Part shown: positions 27,819-39,265 of the stretch, one piece after another
How positions within the stretch are numbered: the stretch's first letter is position 1
How the letters are laid out: each line of letters begins with the position of its first letter
Source: an uncultured Mycoplasmatota bacterium
GTDB lineage: Bacteria; Bacillota_I; Bacilli_A; RF39; UBA660
Length of the DNA: 59,560 nucleotides
Reading direction: 5' to 3'
Assembly (NCBI GenBank): GCA_900546745.1
Contig: URDT01000004.1
Location: 1-59,560 of the forward strand
Program-made: the position numbers and the translations under genes
Notes under the pieces: generated by a model
Seen by the model: the letters and a program-made list of their open reading frames with translations, nothing else
Told to the model about the DNA's origin: nothing
Databases searched by the model: none

Positions 27819-28579
27819 ACTTCTACTAGATCTGTTCTTTCTGTCTGAGATGAAACCAAAATATGATCAAAATTAATATTATTTTCTTTTAATGTATCTT
27901 TTAACATGGAAAGAGCCAACTCAGGGCAATTATTTTCTTTACTCAAATGAGCCAATATAATTGTATTTGTGTGTTCCCCAATAAATTTTGATAAATAATA
28001 CGCTGAATCTTTATTAGATAAATGTCCTCTATCTCCTACAACTCTTTGTTTTAAATGATAAGGATATTTTCCCTCCATTAACATTTTTATGTCATGATTA
28101 CTTTCAAAAATATAAATACTTTTATCTTTTAATTTTTTATGATTTTTTACATTAATATACCCCGTATCTGTTACGTAAACTACTGATTTACCATTGTTTT
28201 CAAAAATATAACCATTAGAATCACTAGCATCATGAGAAGTTTTAATCACATTAACCGTAATATCACCGATTGAAAAATTGCCATCTATAATTTCATAGTT
28301 AGATATTGGAAACATAATTTTTAAATCTTGATACATTTTTTCCGATACAAATAAAGTTGGATTATATTTTTTGATGAAAACTTTTAAGCCATTAATATGA
28401 TCAGAATGTGTATGCGAAATAACAATAGCAGATATATCTTTGGGATCAACACCTATTTCTAATAATCTTTTTTCAGCATAAGAACTAGTAGTACCTAAAT
28501 CAACCAGAATTTGTGTTGTAGAAGAGGCAACATATGATACATTGCCTTTACTACCACTAGCTAAAACACAAGCTTTCAT
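27815..28579 (-). CDS. MBL-fold metallo-hydrolase (YycJ/WalJ-like)
   Basis: LASGSKGN...ISHTHSDHINGL motif. Start placed at the ATG at 28577..28579, which forms an ATGA overlap with the upstream stop. Confidence 0.8.
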   Translation of the reverse strand: MKACVLASGSKGNVSYVASSTTQILVDLGTTSSYAEKRLLEIGVDPKDISAIVISHTHSDHINGLKVFIKKYNPTLFVSEKMYQDLKIMFPISNYEIIDGNFSIGDITVNVIKTSHDASDSNGYIFENNGKSVVYVTDTGYINVKNHKKLKDKSIYIFESNHDIKMLMEGKYPYHLKQRVVGDRGHLSNKDSAYYLSKFIGEHTNTIILAHLSKENNCPELALSMLKDTLKENNINFDHILVSSQTERTDLVEV

Positions 28580-30036
28580 CGGTACATATTCCATGGGTTA
28601 ATACGTTTTCCACCCATCCAAGGTTTCCCATTAACCCAAACTTCAAAATGAAGATGTGGTCCTGTTGCCCAACCACTTTGGCCGACATAACCTATAATTT
28701 GACCCCTGGCAACGGTTTGACCCACTGTGGCATTTCTTTTTGACATATGAGCATAACAAGTATGATATCCATTGTTATGATTAATACATATATAATTTCC
28801 ATCCTGATAACGATATGATGCTTCGGATACAACACCATTTGTAACAGCATATATTGGGGAACCATATCCTGTTCCTGATATATCAATTGCTGCATGAAGT
28901 TCACGTGCACCATTAATTGGATTAATACGATATACATAATCGGAAGAAATTGTATACCCACTATTTGTAGGCCATAACCAATTCGTTGTAGAACCGACTG
29001 TTGGAATGTATTTATCACCTTTGATAATAATTTCGTTAATAGTTGGCTTTAATTCCTCTTTACTAATAGGATCAACATAGTTGATTACACCATTCACAGA
29101 TTTCACTCTTTGTGTAATCCTTTCCATACCATTCTCACCATTTTGAATAATTTCGTCATCGCCAATTACTTTATTCTCATCATATTCATATTCAACAGAA
29201 TAATTTACTTCTTGGTCTTTTACATTATACTCTTCCATAACAACTGATATTTGGGGATCTGTTACACCAATGATAACTTCTTGACCTGGAAATAATAAAT
29301 TTTTAGAATTGGTAAAACTTGGATTGGAGATCAAAAATTCTTCTATACTGATTTGATGATTAAATGCCACATCTTCAATTGTGTCTCCTATTTGAACTGT
29401 ATACTTGGTTTGATTATCTTCTGTACCAAAGACAAAAAATTTCGATAAAGTAGCAGCATCGGTATAAATATTCTCATTTACTGGAATATTTACATTTTTT
29501 ATTGTAATGTCTTCTCCAATATAAATTTTTTCTATAATATTTCCTGTTGTTTCTATTTTATTTTGTTCTCCATCTTTATATAATTGGTAATTTTCTTCAC
29601 CAACAAATGTTTTAATAGTATTTTCTACGGCTGTATCAAATATATCTTTGCTTAATGTATAAATTATAATAGGATCGTGATCCTCTTTTTTTATTGTAAA
29701 TTGATAACCTTTAATAGTAAAAGGCTCTTTTGAGGAAATTTTTTGATACACCTCTTTAATGGTAGATGTTGTTTTATTATATGTTTCTATTTTTTTGATT
29801 TCTAATCCATTAGGAGCATAAATCTTATTTGTATCAAACTTTTTTTTATAACTTTCGTTTTGTTTATCAATATAATTTTCTAAATCCTCTTTAGAATTAA
29901 TGACACCTATTTTTTCGCCATTCAAGTAAACTTGATAATACATATTTGGTTTAGCACTAGTTTTATAATGAAATCCTAAATAAAAAATAGCTAAACTGGT
30001 TATTAAAACAAATATACTAATTACTAACTTTTTCAT
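28576..30036 (-). CDS. M23 (LytM) peptidoglycan metalloendopeptidase with a LysM-like domain
   Basis: 486 aa. N-terminal TM anchor, a LysM-like segment (YTVQIGDTIEDVAFNHQISIEEFLISNP...GQEVII) and an intact catalytic domain (HAAIDIS, GPHLHFEV). Confidence 0.8.
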   Translation of the reverse strand: MKKLVISIFVLITSLAIFYLGFHYKTSAKPNMYYQVYLNGEKIGVINSKEDLENYIDKQNESYKKKFDTNKIYAPNGLEIKKIETYNKTTSTIKEVYQKISSKEPFTIKGYQFTIKKEDHDPIIIYTLSKDIFDTAVENTIKTFVGEENYQLYKDGEQNKIETTGNIIEKIYIGEDITIKNVNIPVNENIYTDAATLSKFFVFGTEDNQTKYTVQIGDTIEDVAFNHQISIEEFLISNPSFTNSKNLLFPGQEVIIGVTDPQISVVMEEYNVKDQEVNYSVEYEYDENKVIGDDEIIQNGENGMERITQRVKSVNGVINYVDPISKEELKPTINEIIIKGDKYIPTVGSTTNWLWPTNSGYTISSDYVYRINPINGARELHAAIDISGTGYGSPIYAVTNGVVSEASYRYQDGNYICINHNNGYHTCYAHMSKRNATVGQTVARGQIIGYVGQSGWATGPHLHFEVWVNGKPWMGGKRINPWNMYR

Positions 30037-31379
30037 AAATCACCTGGTTCATTCATATAACTTTCGAATTTACTAATGTTTCTTTTAAATAATAGAGGAA
30101 TTGTTTTTGTAGCACCATTACGATGTTTAGAAACAATAAACTCACTTTTACTTGTATTTTCATCAATTTCAATTTTTTTTGTATAATAATCATCTCTATA
30201 CAAAAAGGCTACGATATCAGCGTCTTGTTCGATTGAGCCTGATTCTCTTAAATCACTTAATAAAGGTCTTTTATCTTCTCTTGCTTCTACACTACGAGAT
30301 AATTGAGCTAAAGCTACAATAGGTATTTTTAATTCCATAGCTAATGTTTTTAGTGATCTAGAAATTTCAGCAATTTCTTGTTGTCTATTTCCAGCATATT
30401 TCGCTGATCCTGTAATTAATTGAAGGTAATCAATGATAACAATCCCTAAATCGTTTTCTGAAGAAGCTAAACGTCGACATTTTGCTCGTATTTCAGAAAT
30501 TGTCATTCCAGGTGTATCATCGATAAATATCTTTGTATCAGAAAGTCTACTAATTGCTTCATCTATTTTATTCCAATCATTTTTTAAAAGATTACCACTC
30601 ATTAACTTCCAACCTTCAATTTGTCCTTCAGAAGATATCATACGATTAATTAATTGTTCTGCTCCCATTTCCATATTAAATAATGCGACAGTTTTATTAT
30701 TTTTGATAGCTACATTTGTTGCTAAATTAAGGGCAAAGGCAGTTTTTCCCATGGCTGGTCTTGCTGCAATTATAATTAATTCATTTTCATGAAATCCTGA
30801 AGTTAATTCATCGATTTCATCAAAACCTGTAATTAATCCTGTTATGTTTCCTTCTCTTTCCGATAATTTTTCTAGATTAGATTGATAACTTGTGATAATC
30901 TCTTGAATTTTTCGAAACTCTGTTCCTTTTCTCGTTTTTACCACATTTAATATTTTTTTCTCTGCTGAATCCAGTAAATCATTTAAATTATCTTCTGAGT
31001 TATATCCCTCTTTTTCAATTTCTAAGGATGTTTCTATTAAACGACGACGAACAGCTTTCTCCTCTACAATTTTTATATATTCATCTACATTAGAAGGACT
31101 TGCTACACAATTTAAGATTTCACTTAAGTATTCTACGTCGCCAACTTGTTTTAATAAATTTTTCTTATCTAATTCATCCGTTACAGTAGTAATATCAATT
31201 GCTCGGTTTGTTTCAGATAATTCTCGCATAACATCAAATATTTTTCCATGACTATCTAAATAAAAATAATCTTTTGTTAATTCTTCTACACATTTTTGTA
31301 ATGCATATTTGGATAAGAACATACTAGCTAAAACAGCTTGCTCTGCCTCAATATTTTGAGGAATTTTTTTTTCATTCAT
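30033..31379 (-). CDS. dnaB: replicative DNA helicase (DnaB family; DnaC in Bacillus nomenclature)
   Basis: IPQNIEAEQAVLASM, ARPAMGKTAFALN, IIDYLQLI and the RecA-like C-terminal domain. ATG at 31377..31379 behind AGGTGA. Confidence 0.93.
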   Translation of the reverse strand: MNEKKIPQNIEAEQAVLASMFLSKYALQKCVEELTKDYFYLDSHGKIFDVMRELSETNRAIDITTVTDELDKKNLLKQVGDVEYLSEILNCVASPSNVDEYIKIVEEKAVRRRLIETSLEIEKEGYNSEDNLNDLLDSAEKKILNVVKTRKGTEFRKIQEIITSYQSNLEKLSEREGNITGLITGFDEIDELTSGFHENELIIIAARPAMGKTAFALNLATNVAIKNNKTVALFNMEMGAEQLINRMISSEGQIEGWKLMSGNLLKNDWNKIDEAISRLSDTKIFIDDTPGMTISEIRAKCRRLASSENDLGIVIIDYLQLITGSAKYAGNRQQEIAEISRSLKTLAMELKIPIVALAQLSRSVEAREDKRPLLSDLRESGSIEQDADIVAFLYRDDYYTKKIEIDENTSKSEFIVSKHRNGATKTIPLLFKRNISKFESYMNEPGDL

Positions 31380-31388
31380 CGATTTCAC

Positions 31389-31832
31389 CTACTTTTTGGT
31401 TACTTTAATTTTTATTGTAGCAATTACTTTTTTATGTAATTCTATTTGAACATTATGAAATCCAAGACTCATAATTGGATGGTCTAATTGGATAGCTTGT
31501 TTATCTATATTATATCCTTTTTTATATAAAGCTTCTTTTATCTGCTTTGTGGATATTGTTCCAAACATTCTATCTTGTTCTCCCACTTTTGTTTGAAATT
31601 CAAATGTTTCTTTTTCTAATTTTGACTTTAATGTTTCCATTTCCTTGATAAAAAGTGCTTCTTCTAGTTTTTCTTCGGAAACTTGTTTACTAACTCTATT
31701 AAAATTTTGTTCTGAAGCTTTCAACGCATAACCTTTTTTTATTAAAAAGTTGATAGCATATCCATCAGATACTTCTTTGATTTCATTCTTTTTACCTTGT
31801 CCTTTAACATCTTTTAAAAAGATAACCTTCAT
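31389..31832 (-). CDS. rplI: 50S ribosomal protein L9
   Basis: [36 protein letters not shown]. Confidence 0.92.
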   Translation of the reverse strand: MKVIFLKDVKGQGKKNEIKEVSDGYAINFLIKKGYALKASEQNFNRVSKQVSEEKLEEALFIKEMETLKSKLEKETFEFQTKVGEQDRMFGTISTKQIKEALYKKGYNIDKQAIQLDHPIMSLGFHNVQIELHKKVIATIKIKVTKK

Positions 31833-31892
31833 CTTTTCACTCCCCTTCGATTTGTTCTTTTCTATTATACTATAAATTAAGAAGAATGTCTT

Positions 31893-32795
31893 TCATTTTA
31901 TTTTTTCAGCCAATTCTTTAATTTTATTGAATCGATGATATAATCCGGATTTTGTAATTTTATTTCCTGTTTCTAAGGATATAATTTCACTTAGTTCTAA
32001 TAGTGAAGTTTCAGGATATTTCAATCGATAAGTAATAGTTTCTTTTGTTTTATCATCCAATACATCTAATAAATCATTTTCTTTTATTTTTTCAATATCT
32101 TTAATTTGTTTATTTGCTGTTTCTATAATCTTATCTACATTAGCTTGTTCACAATTATTAAGGCGATTAGTCATATTTTTATGATCTCTATAAATTCTAA
32201 TATCTTCATAATAGAATACAGCCTGTATTGCTTGCATATATCTTAAAAAATCACCTATTTTTTCTGCCTCTTTCATGTAAATCATATATTTTGTTTCTCT
32301 TCTAATCACTTTACTATTGAAGTGATAATGATTTAATAAATTAGATATAAATTCAGCGTATTCTTCATTATCTACTATAAATTCTAAATGATATCTTGAT
32401 TTTTTAGGATCATTAATACTACCACAACTTAAAAATACACCTCTTAAGTATGCTCTAGTTAATGAATCATCAGAATACATATATTTTTTTGGAATATTAC
32501 AATTAATTTCTAACTCATCCACTATTTTTTTCACACTATGATGAATTTCTAATATATATATATAATTCTTATTAAAATTATAACCTTTTCTAACTATTAT
32601 TTTTGGTGAAATAAAGAATGTTTCTTTTAACAATTTAAATATTCTTCTTGCAACACTAGCATTTTCCGTTGTAATTTTAATATAATCTGTTATAATTCCG
32701 ATATTTTTTATAATTGCAGATAATTCTGAGATATTTTCTGCTTCTATTGTTTCTAATTTGCTAATTTCACTTTTCACAATTCCTGTAAAAGACAT
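31893..32795 (-). CDS. whiA: DNA-binding protein WhiA
   Basis: 300 aa. MSFTGIVKSEI..., degenerate LAGLIDADG-like middle domain (AYLRGVFLSCGSINDP) and C-terminal HTH. Confidence 0.9.
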   Translation of the reverse strand: MSFTGIVKSEISKLETIEAENISELSAIIKNIGIITDYIKITTENASVARRIFKLLKETFFISPKIIVRKGYNFNKNYIYILEIHHSVKKIVDELEINCNIPKKYMYSDDSLTRAYLRGVFLSCGSINDPKKSRYHLEFIVDNEEYAEFISNLLNHYHFNSKVIRRETKYMIYMKEAEKIGDFLRYMQAIQAVFYYEDIRIYRDHKNMTNRLNNCEQANVDKIIETANKQIKDIEKIKENDLLDVLDDKTKETITYRLKYPETSLLELSEIISLETGNKITKSGLYHRFNKIKELAEKIK

Positions 32796-32856
32796 AGAAT
32801 CACTCCCAAGTCATTATACTATAAAAAGTAGTCTTTTGAAAGACTACTTCTATAGA

Positions 32857-33753
32857 TTAATCTCTTAAATACTTTTCAACACTTGTAGCTGCAATAGCTC
32901 CTTCACTAGCTGCAGTAATAATTTGATAAACACTTTTCTTTATAGAATCTCCACATGCATATATTCCTTCTAAACTCGTTTTCATATCTTTATCTACTAC
33001 AATATATCCTTTATCATTTTCTAAGTTCAAATTTTTTAAATAGTCAATATTAGGATCTAAACCAATATAAATAAACAAACCTTCACATGAAATATTATTT
33101 CCATTTATAGTAACTGATTCTAATTTATCTTTTCCATGAATTTCTTCTACTTTACTATTCAATAATATTTGAACATTATCTTTCGTATTAATTTGATCTA
33201 CTAAAGCTGTATCTGCTCGTAATTGATTACTTCTATTTACTATAGTCACTTTATGGCAAATATTAGATAAGTAATAGCTTTCTTCTAAGGCACTATTTCC
33301 TCCACCAATCACACATACATCTTTATTTTTGAAAAAAGTACCATCACATAAAGCACAATAGCTAATACCATGTCCTAACAGTTCCTTTTCCTTAGGAATG
33401 CCTAATGTTCTAGGAATTCTTCCTGTACTAATAATAATTGTTTTTGTATCTAAACTATCATTATTTTTTAAATAAACGATTTTTTCTTGATTGTTTAAAA
33501 CATCAATTACTTCATCATATATAATAGGAATCTTTAGTTCTTGAATTTGATTATAGACATTCATTACTAAACTAGGTCCATCTATTTTAATAAAGCCTGG
33601 ATAGTTTTCCACAGCAGAGGTTTTATTTATTAATCCACCTAGGATTTCTTTTTCAACTAATACTACTTTTTTATTGGCTCTTTTTAAATAAATAGCGGCA
33701 GTCATACCAGCGATGCCTGCCCCTATTATTACACAATCAAAAGTTTGTTTCAT
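32857..33753 (-). CDS. trxB: thioredoxin-disulfide reductase
   Basis: DCVIIGAGIAGMTAAIY, the redox motif CALCDG, VIGGGNSALEE and GDS... are typical of TrxB. Confidence 0.9.
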   Translation of the reverse strand: MKQTFDCVIIGAGIAGMTAAIYLKRANKKVVLVEKEILGGLINKTSAVENYPGFIKIDGPSLVMNVYNQIQELKIPIIYDEVIDVLNNQEKIVYLKNNDSLDTKTIIISTGRIPRTLGIPKEKELLGHGISYCALCDGTFFKNKDVCVIGGGNSALEESYYLSNICHKVTIVNRSNQLRADTALVDQINTKDNVQILLNSKVEEIHGKDKLESVTINGNNISCEGLFIYIGLDPNIDYLKNLNLENDKGYIVVDKDMKTSLEGIYACGDSIKKSVYQIITAASEGAIAATSVEKYLRD

Positions 33754-34552
33754 GAGTATTTTTTATATCATTATATTTGTTATTGAAAACTGAGCCACGT
33801 TTTAGAATAAAAAACATAATAATCCCTGTCACAATCATAATAATTGATATGATTTGAGCAATTCTAAAATTTCCTAACATTAAACTATCTGTTCTCATAC
33901 CTTCTACAAAAAAGCGTTCTATTCCATACCATATCAAATATAGACTTGTTGTTGTTCCTATTTTTGTATATTTCATTCCTCTATAAATAATTAAAACAAT
34001 GAAACCTAAAAAACACCATAAAGATTCATAAAAAAAGGTTGGTTGATAGTAATTTCCATCAATATACATGCCATTGATAATAAATTCAGGAATGTGAAGA
34101 CTTTTTAAATGTTCTAAAGTTGTAATAGCACCATGTGCCTCTCCATTCATAAAATTTCCCCAGCGTCCTATTGCTTGACCTAAAATTAAACTAACTACTA
34201 ATATATCTAAAATTCTAAGAGTATCAACTTTATATTTTTTTGTATAAAAGATAATAAATATTAAAGCCATTATAAGGCCACCGTGAATTGCTAATCCACC
34301 TTCCCATACTTTAAAAATACTTGATAGGTTAGCACTATAATAATCCCAATTAAATGCTACATAATAAGCTCTTGCTCCTATAAAAGATAATATAATTACA
34401 TAAAAGAACATATTAATCATAAAATCTTCTGATATTTTCCATTTTTTAGCTTCTTTTATTGCCAATACACATCCAATGAAAAAAGCTAAAAATAATAAAA
34501 AGGAATACCAGTAGATTTTGCAAAATCCTAAATCTAAAAATATTGGATTCAT
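33737..34552 (-). CDS. lgt: prolipoprotein diacylglyceryl transferase
   Basis: IYWYSFLLFLAF, GARAYYV, GGLAIHGG and GRWGNFMNGEAHG are Lgt motifs. Confidence 0.9.
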   Translation of the reverse strand: MNPIFLDLGFCKIYWYSFLLFLAFFIGCVLAIKEAKKWKISEDFMINMFFYVIILSFIGARAYYVAFNWDYYSANLSSIFKVWEGGLAIHGGLIMALIFIIFYTKKYKVDTLRILDILVVSLILGQAIGRWGNFMNGEAHGAITTLEHLKSLHIPEFIINGMYIDGNYYQPTFFYESLWCFLGFIVLIIYRGMKYTKIGTTTSLYLIWYGIERFFVEGMRTDSLMLGNFRIAQIISIIMIVTGIIMFFILKRGSVFNNKYNDIKNTHETNF

Positions 34553-34965
34553 TCTAAATTCCCCTTTCTAATGATTGGTTTAATAATTTTATCATCCATC
34601 ATTAAATTTAAAACAGAAATGATTATGGCAGCAATATAAGGAATGAGAATTCCATTCACATCAAAATGACCACATAATAGAAAGTCTACTATTTTTAATA
34701 TAATAAAATTAATAAATGGGTAAAAAATACCAAATGTCATTGCCGTGATTGGAATTGTTAAACGAACAATAACTGGTTTTATTGTTCTATTTAGAATATA
34801 AATGATAAAAGAAGCGATTAATCCCCATATTCCAAAATAACTAGTATCAATTTTTATAGCATCTTTAAATAGGAATGAAACGATGCTTAAAATAATTGCA
34901 TAACCAACAATATATATTAACCATTCTATTATTCTATTAACTAATATCTTATATTTTTTAGGCAT
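34549..34965 (-). CDS. YvlD-like membrane protein (Phage_holin_4_2 family)
   Basis: 138 aa with four TM helices. LNRTIKPVIVRLTIPITAMTFGIFYPFINFIILKI matches the family core. Confidence 0.7.
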   Translation of the reverse strand: MPKKYKILVNRIIEWLIYIVGYAIILSIVSFLFKDAIKIDTSYFGIWGLIASFIIYILNRTIKPVIVRLTIPITAMTFGIFYPFINFIILKIVDFLLCGHFDVNGILIPYIAAIIISVLNLMMDDKIIKPIIRKGNLE

Positions 34966-35034
34966 ACTATATCCTCCATGCTATTATATAGTATAACACG
35001 CAAAAGATATTGCGACAAGATTGAATATTTTATA

Positions 35035-36987
35035 TTATGATTTTCCTTTTAGTTCAAATAAGATATCACGAAGTTCTGTTGCTCTTTCAAATTCAAGGTT
35101 TTTAGCAGCTTCTTTCATTTCTGTTTCTATTTGAGTTATTAAATTTAATTTTTCTTCTTTCGTCATTTTCTTTATTGTTTTTGTTTCCACTTTTTTATTA
35201 TTAGAAACAACATCTCTAATTTCTTTTTTTATTGTTTGTGGAATTATATGATTCTCTTTATTATATTCTTCTTGAATTTTTCTACGTCGATTTGTTTCAC
35301 CAATTGCATAGTTCATAGCATCACTAATATGATCAGCATACATAATTACGTGACCACTTGCATTTCTAGCAGCTCTACCTATTGTTTGAATTAAACTTCT
35401 TTCACTTCGTAAAAATCCTTGTTTATCAGCATCCATGATAGCAACTAGACTAACTTCGGGAATATCCAACCCTTCACGTAATAAGTTAATTCCAACTAAT
35501 ACATCATATTTACCAATTCGCAAATCATGAATAATTTGAAGGCGTTCTAAGGTTTTTATTTCACTATGTAAATAAGCTACTTTAATATCTAAATTTTTTA
35601 AATATGTTGTTAATTCTTCTGCCATTCGAATTGTTAATGTTGTTACTAAAGTTCGTTCATTCAATTCTATTCTTTTGTTAATCTCTCCTATTAAGTCATC
35701 TATTTGACCTACCATTGGTTTTACCTCAATTGTAGGATCTAAAAGTCCAGTTGGTCTTATTATTTGTTCGATAACATTATTATTTACTTTTTCTAATTCA
35801 TAGTCTCCTGGTGTAGCAGATACGCAAATTATCTGATTAATCTTTTTTTCGAATTCAGGAAATTTTAAAGGACGATTATCCATTGCACTAGGAAGTCTAA
35901 ATCCATAATCAACTAATACTTTTTTTCTAGCTTGATCACCGTTATACATTCCTCTCACTTGTGGTAATGTAACGTGAGATTCATCTACTACTAATAAGTA
36001 ATCATCTGGAAAAAAATCTATTAATGTTGTTGGAGTCGCACCTGCTGGTTTTAAGGCTAAATGTCTAGAATAATTTTCAACACCTCTACAGCTACCCGTT
36101 TCAGACAACATTTCTAAATCATAGTTTGTTCTTTCCATTAGTCTTTGATATTCTAATAGTTTATTTTCTTTTTTTAAATAGGCTAATCTTTCTTCTAATT
36201 CTTCTTTAATGTTTTTTACGGCTTTCTTTATTTTTTCATTGTTTGTTACAAAATGACTTGCTGCAAATAAGGAAATTGAGTTTTTTTCTGTTAAAACTTT
36301 TCCTGTTACAATATCAAATTCTACAATTTTATCTATCTCTTCACCAAAAAATTCAATTCTAATTCCTTTTTCGTGCCAACTAATAGGAACTATCTCTAAT
36401 ATATCTCCATGAACACGAAATGTTCCTCTTTTTAATTCAATATTATTTCTCTCATAAAACATATCTACTAATTTCATGATTAGATTGTCTCTATCAATTT
36501 CATCACCGACATTTACTGTAAGCATTTTATCTTTATAGTCTTCTACTTCACCAATTCCGTAAATACAAGAAACACTAGCTACTACAATTACATCTCTTCT
36601 TGTAAGTAAAGCTGAAGTAGCAGCATGTCTTAATTCATCAATTTCATCATTAATTGAAGCATCCTTTTCAATATAGGTATCTGAAGAAGCAACGTAAGCT
36701 TCTGGTTGATAATAGTCATAATAAGATACAAAATACTCTACTCTATTATTAGGAAATAATTCTTTTAATTCTGAATAGAGTTGTCCTGCAAGTGTTTTAT
36801 TATGAGCTAAAACTAGAGTTGGTTTGTTCACTTTTTCTATTACGTTTGCAATTGTGAATGTTTTTCCTGTTCCTGTCGCCCCTAGTAAAACCTGGTATTT
36901 TTCACCATTTTCTATTCCATTTACTAAGCTTTCTATAGCCTGTGGTTGATCTCCACTTGGTTTATATTTTGATATTAATTCAAACAT
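35035..36987 (-). CDS. uvrB: excinuclease ABC subunit B
   Basis: 650 aa. [27 protein letters not shown], the helicase C domain and the C-terminal UVR motif (FERATELRD). Confidence 0.95.
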   Translation of the reverse strand: MFELISKYKPSGDQPQAIESLVNGIENGEKYQVLLGATGTGKTFTIANVIEKVNKPTLVLAHNKTLAGQLYSELKELFPNNRVEYFVSYYDYYQPEAYVASSDTYIEKDASINDEIDELRHAATSALLTRRDVIVVASVSCIYGIGEVEDYKDKMLTVNVGDEIDRDNLIMKLVDMFYERNNIELKRGTFRVHGDILEIVPISWHEKGIRIEFFGEEIDKIVEFDIVTGKVLTEKNSISLFAASHFVTNNEKIKKAVKNIKEELEERLAYLKKENKLLEYQRLMERTNYDLEMLSETGSCRGVENYSRHLALKPAGATPTTLIDFFPDDYLLVVDESHVTLPQVRGMYNGDQARKKVLVDYGFRLPSAMDNRPLKFPEFEKKINQIICVSATPGDYELEKVNNNVIEQIIRPTGLLDPTIEVKPMVGQIDDLIGEINKRIELNERTLVTTLTIRMAEELTTYLKNLDIKVAYLHSEIKTLERLQIIHDLRIGKYDVLVGINLLREGLDIPEVSLVAIMDADKQGFLRSERSLIQTIGRAARNASGHVIMYADHISDAMNYAIGETNRRRKIQEEYNKENHIIPQTIKKEIRDVVSNNKKVETKTIKKMTKEEKLNLITQIETEMKEAAKNLEFERATELRDILFELKGKS

Positions 36988-37168
36988 AATGACCTCCTTA
37001 TATGATTATTAATAATCTAAACTTCATACCCTATAACTGATTGAATAGGTTAAATTTTAACAGATAAACAGAAAATGTACACCTCAATCACAAATTTACT
37101 AAATAAAATAATATTCACTATTTCCTAACAATATATTTTTTAAGAATTTAATTATAATTTTGATATTT

Positions 37169-38134
37169 TTATTTAAAATAAGCTTTTCTTTTAGTTCTGG
37201 GTATCTGATTTCTAATTGATTCAATTTCTTGTTCTAATATTTCTTCTTTATCAGTTTTATGAAAAATATAATCAGCTTGTTCTAATTCAAATTTTTTTGA
37301 TTGGTCATTCCAAAAATACCTAGGAACTCTTTTTATTTGCCAATCCATAAGCAACCAATTATAAAAACGCTCATTAATATTGATACAGGAAGTGGTTATA
37401 GTTCTAGGATTATTGGAAAATTTATAGCCATTAGAGCTATCATAAATATTATTAAATATATTCAAATCAGCATACGGGATTGCCCTTTCAATAGAATCAT
37501 ATCCTAAGTATTGAACACAAAAATCTTTCATATAGGACATTAAGTTAACTACTAAATATTGATGATAAAATTCCATTATTTTACTATCATCTTGAATATT
37601 ATATTTTTTAGCAATAAAATCTCTGTTTTCAACACAAATAATTTTACCGACTGAACCAAAAAAATCATTATTAGAATAGAGTTTTTGAAAGAAGCATACC
37701 ATGTCACATCGTAATGTATCAAAAACGTCTCTCTGACCATAACCATATTCTTGAGCTAATTTAGCATTAACAATTTCTTGTTCAAAATTACGTTGTAATG
37801 TATCTAAGAATGTTTTATAAGTTATATGATTAAAATAATTATTATATTCAACTTCTCTTATTACGATATCATCAATACCTTCATATTTATTCATTTCTAA
37901 AAATTCTTCGTATCCTTCGAATTTAAATTTTGGAATTTTTTGATTTTTAATAATAAAACTTATAAAATTTAAAAAAATAGGAGTTACCGGATTTCTCCAA
38001 TTATCATGTCCATATTCTCCAATTAAAATACTATAATCTATAATTTTACCTTGTGGATTAATATAACCAATTAAAGGTAGTCCAGTAAATTGTTCAATTT
38101 TTAATATTTCTTGTTCATTAAAATCTATCGTCAT
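37169..38134 (-). CDS. hypothetical protein (321 aa), cassette A of the uvrB-upstream patch
   Basis: Long ORF with an RBS-like AGGAGAAC before the ATG. No motif or family recognised. Rich in Y/F/N/W, with no TM helix or signal peptide. Confidence 0.5.
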   Translation of the reverse strand: MTIDFNEQEILKIEQFTGLPLIGYINPQGKIIDYSILIGEYGHDNWRNPVTPIFLNFISFIIKNQKIPKFKFEGYEEFLEMNKYEGIDDIVIREVEYNNYFNHITYKTFLDTLQRNFEQEIVNAKLAQEYGYGQRDVFDTLRCDMVCFFQKLYSNNDFFGSVGKIICVENRDFIAKKYNIQDDSKIMEFYHQYLVVNLMSYMKDFCVQYLGYDSIERAIPYADLNIFNNIYDSSNGYKFSNNPRTITTSCININERFYNWLLMDWQIKRVPRYFWNDQSKKFELEQADYIFHKTDKEEILEQEIESIRNQIPRTKRKAYFK

Positions 38135-38254
38135 AAAGTTCTCCTATAAATTGAAATACATCATATCACAAATTTACATTTTATTACTTAGCCTTTTTAT
38201 GGTATTTTCGAAAAATTAAATAAAACTTAAAAGTAATAAATAAGACAGTTTTAA

Positions 38255-38472
38255 AAATAATTCTTTTAATTCTGAATAGAGTTGTCCTGCAAGTATTTTA
38301 TTATAAGCTAAAACTAAGGTTGGTTTATTCACCTTTTTCTATTACATTTGCAATTGTGAATGTTTTTCCTGTTGCCCCTAGTAAAACTTGGTTTTTTTCA
38401 CCATTTTCGATTGCCTTTACTAAGCTTTTTATAGCTTGTGGTTGGTCTATATTTTAATACTACTTCAAACAT
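38255..38472 (-). pseudogene. decayed duplicate of the uvrB 5' end (codons 1 to about 78)
   Basis: Aligns by eye with 36754..36987. It begins with a 40-nt perfect match (38255..38294 = 36754..36793) and keeps the ATG (38470..38472). It also has a 1-nt insertion, a 6-nt deletion in the Walker-A coding segment and a 9-nt deletion. Confidence 0.8.
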
Positions 38473-38596
38473 ACTAGTCACCTATTTACTGTACACTATT
38501 TTACCATTTATTATTTACATTAAAACTAAAATTAATATAATGTTTTAAGTTAATTGAAGTTTAATCGTAAAAATTTAAATTCATTTAATATTAATA

Positions 38597-38977
38597 CTAC
38601 CAACTTTCCTTTATTTCTTCATATTCCATGTTATCACAAATTACAGAAAATGATGGCTCCATTTCATCACTAGCAAAATACATATATTCTTTATTATCCA
38701 TTTTAATATATTTTATAATTGCTTCGTCAATGTAATCGCTAAACCTATCGTCATCTCTATATTCCTTAATACCATTAAAGGTTATTTTCATCTTTGTTCT
38801 ATTTGTTTCAATTGAATTATCTTCGTTTAATATTGGTTCAAAAGACCAAAAAACATCTATTAAAATATCTATTTTGTCTTTTTCCAACTCAAATTTAATA
38901 TCTTTTATATAACTGTCATGAAAATAATAATACGACTCCATAAATTCATTTAAATTATTTTTAGTTATTTTATTCAC
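38597..38977 (-). CDS. hypothetical small acidic protein (126 aa), cassette B
   Basis: ORF with a GGAGG RBS. Acidic and cytoplasmic-looking. Its size and composition recall orphan immunity proteins, but no family is recognised. Confidence 0.5.
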   Translation of the reverse strand: MNKITKNNLNEFMESYYYFHDSYIKDIKFELEKDKIDILIDVFWSFEPILNEDNSIETNRTKMKITFNGIKEYRDDDRFSDYIDEAIIKYIKMDNKEYMYFASDEMEPSFSVICDNMEYEEIKESW

Positions 38978-39164
38978 AAAATTTACCTCCTAATATTTAT
39001 AATTATTAAACAATTATTAACATGTATTACTATATGAAACAAGGTAGTAGTATAATTACTTGAAAATTTTTGTTTAACTTCACATATAACTGTACAATAA
39101 ATATCTTATTATAAACTAAAGATGATATTGATTTATCACATTTATAATCATAATTTTTATTACT

Positions 39165-39265
39165 CTTAGTAAAATCTATGTTTTTTACCATTTTCTATTT
39201 TTTTACTAAAATTTCTATAGTTTGTGGTAAATCTTCACTTAGTTTAAATTTTTTATATTTAATCT
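39165..39265 (-). pseudogene. second, more diverged remnant of the extreme 5' end of uvrB
   Basis: cttagtaaaatctatgttttttaccattttctatttttttactaaaatttctatagtttgtggtaaatcttcactt... aligns with uvrB 36881..36980 (cctagtaaaacctggtatttttcaccattttctattccatttactaagctttctatagcctgtggttgatctccactt...). The ATG is lost. Confidence 0.55.

Noticed and set aside
28896-28913. gaagttcacgtgcacc inside the M23 peptidase gene as a third parS
   Set aside because: It shares only the CACGTG core. The flanks and half-site spacing do not match TGTTNCACGTGAAACA.
28692-29018. 108-aa same-strand, alternative-frame ORF inside the M23 peptidase gene
   Set aside because: The catalytic LytM motifs are encoded in the main frame across this region. 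The overlapping frame has no RBS and an odd Q/M/I-rich composition.
36988-37168. A LexA (Cheo) box GAAC-N4-GTTC upstream of uvrB
   Set aside because: Only a poor resemblance (agaaaatgtaca, about 37070..37081) with wrong spacing. No convincing SOS box was found.
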